A DNA stretch of 64,000 nucleotides from contig OZ024743.1 in assembly GCA_964016885.1 (NCBI GenBank), positions 6,510,001 to 6,574,000 on the forward strand, in the 5' to 3' direction. Each line of letters begins with the position of its first letter. Within the stretch, counting starts at the first letter, position 1. Below the pieces are notes generated by a model that was given only the letters and a program-made list of their open reading frames with translations, searched no databases and was not told where the DNA came from. A program made the position numbers and the translations under genes. This document shows positions 63,801 through 64,000 of the stretch, in pieces. Origin of the DNA: Eledone cirrhosa. Taxonomy: Eukaryota.

Positions 63801-64000
63801 ACAATGTGTGATGAGTGCTTTTAGCCATGACTCCTACATGACCACATTTACAGTGTGTGATGGTTGCTTTTAGCCATGACTCCTACATGACCACATTCAC
63901 AATGTGTGATGAGTGCTTTTAGCCATGACTCCTACATGACCACTTTACAATGTGTGATGAGTGCTTTTAGCCATGACTCCTACATGACCACTTTACAATG
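45818..64000. repeat. Satellite array of 48-49 bp monomers, roughly 370 copies, continues beyond the window
   Basis: Consensus ACCACATTTACAGTGTGTGATGAGTGCTTTTAGCCATGACTCCTACATG, head-to-tail with no spacers. Copy number is estimated as length divided by monomer size. Confidence 0.99.

Noticed and set aside
45818-64000. CRISPR-like array
   Set aside because: Monomers are contiguous with no unique spacers, there are no cas genes, and the context is eukaryotic.
45818-64000. GTGATGA in each monomer as a snoRNA box C or hammerhead core, and TGACTCC as an AP-1 site
   Set aside because: There is no box D (CTGA) and no GAAA partner in the monomer, and the AP-1 match is imperfect.

Overview
Animal genomic DNA that is AT-rich and repeat-rich. 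The repeat families suggest an octopus or other coleoid cephalopod, which is inference. The + strand carries ten small coding exons (9399-43537, about 454 codons) of a Slo2/KCNT-family potassium channel. They cover the RCK1-RCK2 linker, RCK2 and the distal C-terminus. All ten have AG/GT ends and their phases join exactly; none is recovered as a clean ORF in the ORF track. The introns contain: a decayed piggyBac with related TTAA MITEs; CRE-like RLE retrotransposon fragments; many RTE-clade LINE copies with (CAT)n tails, all antisense to the gene and with a PHD-type finger inside the RT; a deleted mariner interrupted by a young RTE; Nin-domain-like SINEs; and Penelope-like remnants carrying hammerhead ribozyme motifs, one near-intact at 21226-21307. 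From 45818 to the window end there is a >18 kb satellite of 48-49 bp monomers. It begins inside an RTE 3' UTR and is an amplification of a unit already duplicated in that UTR, with nested higher-order duplications. No prokaryotic systems or CRISPR arrays are present.
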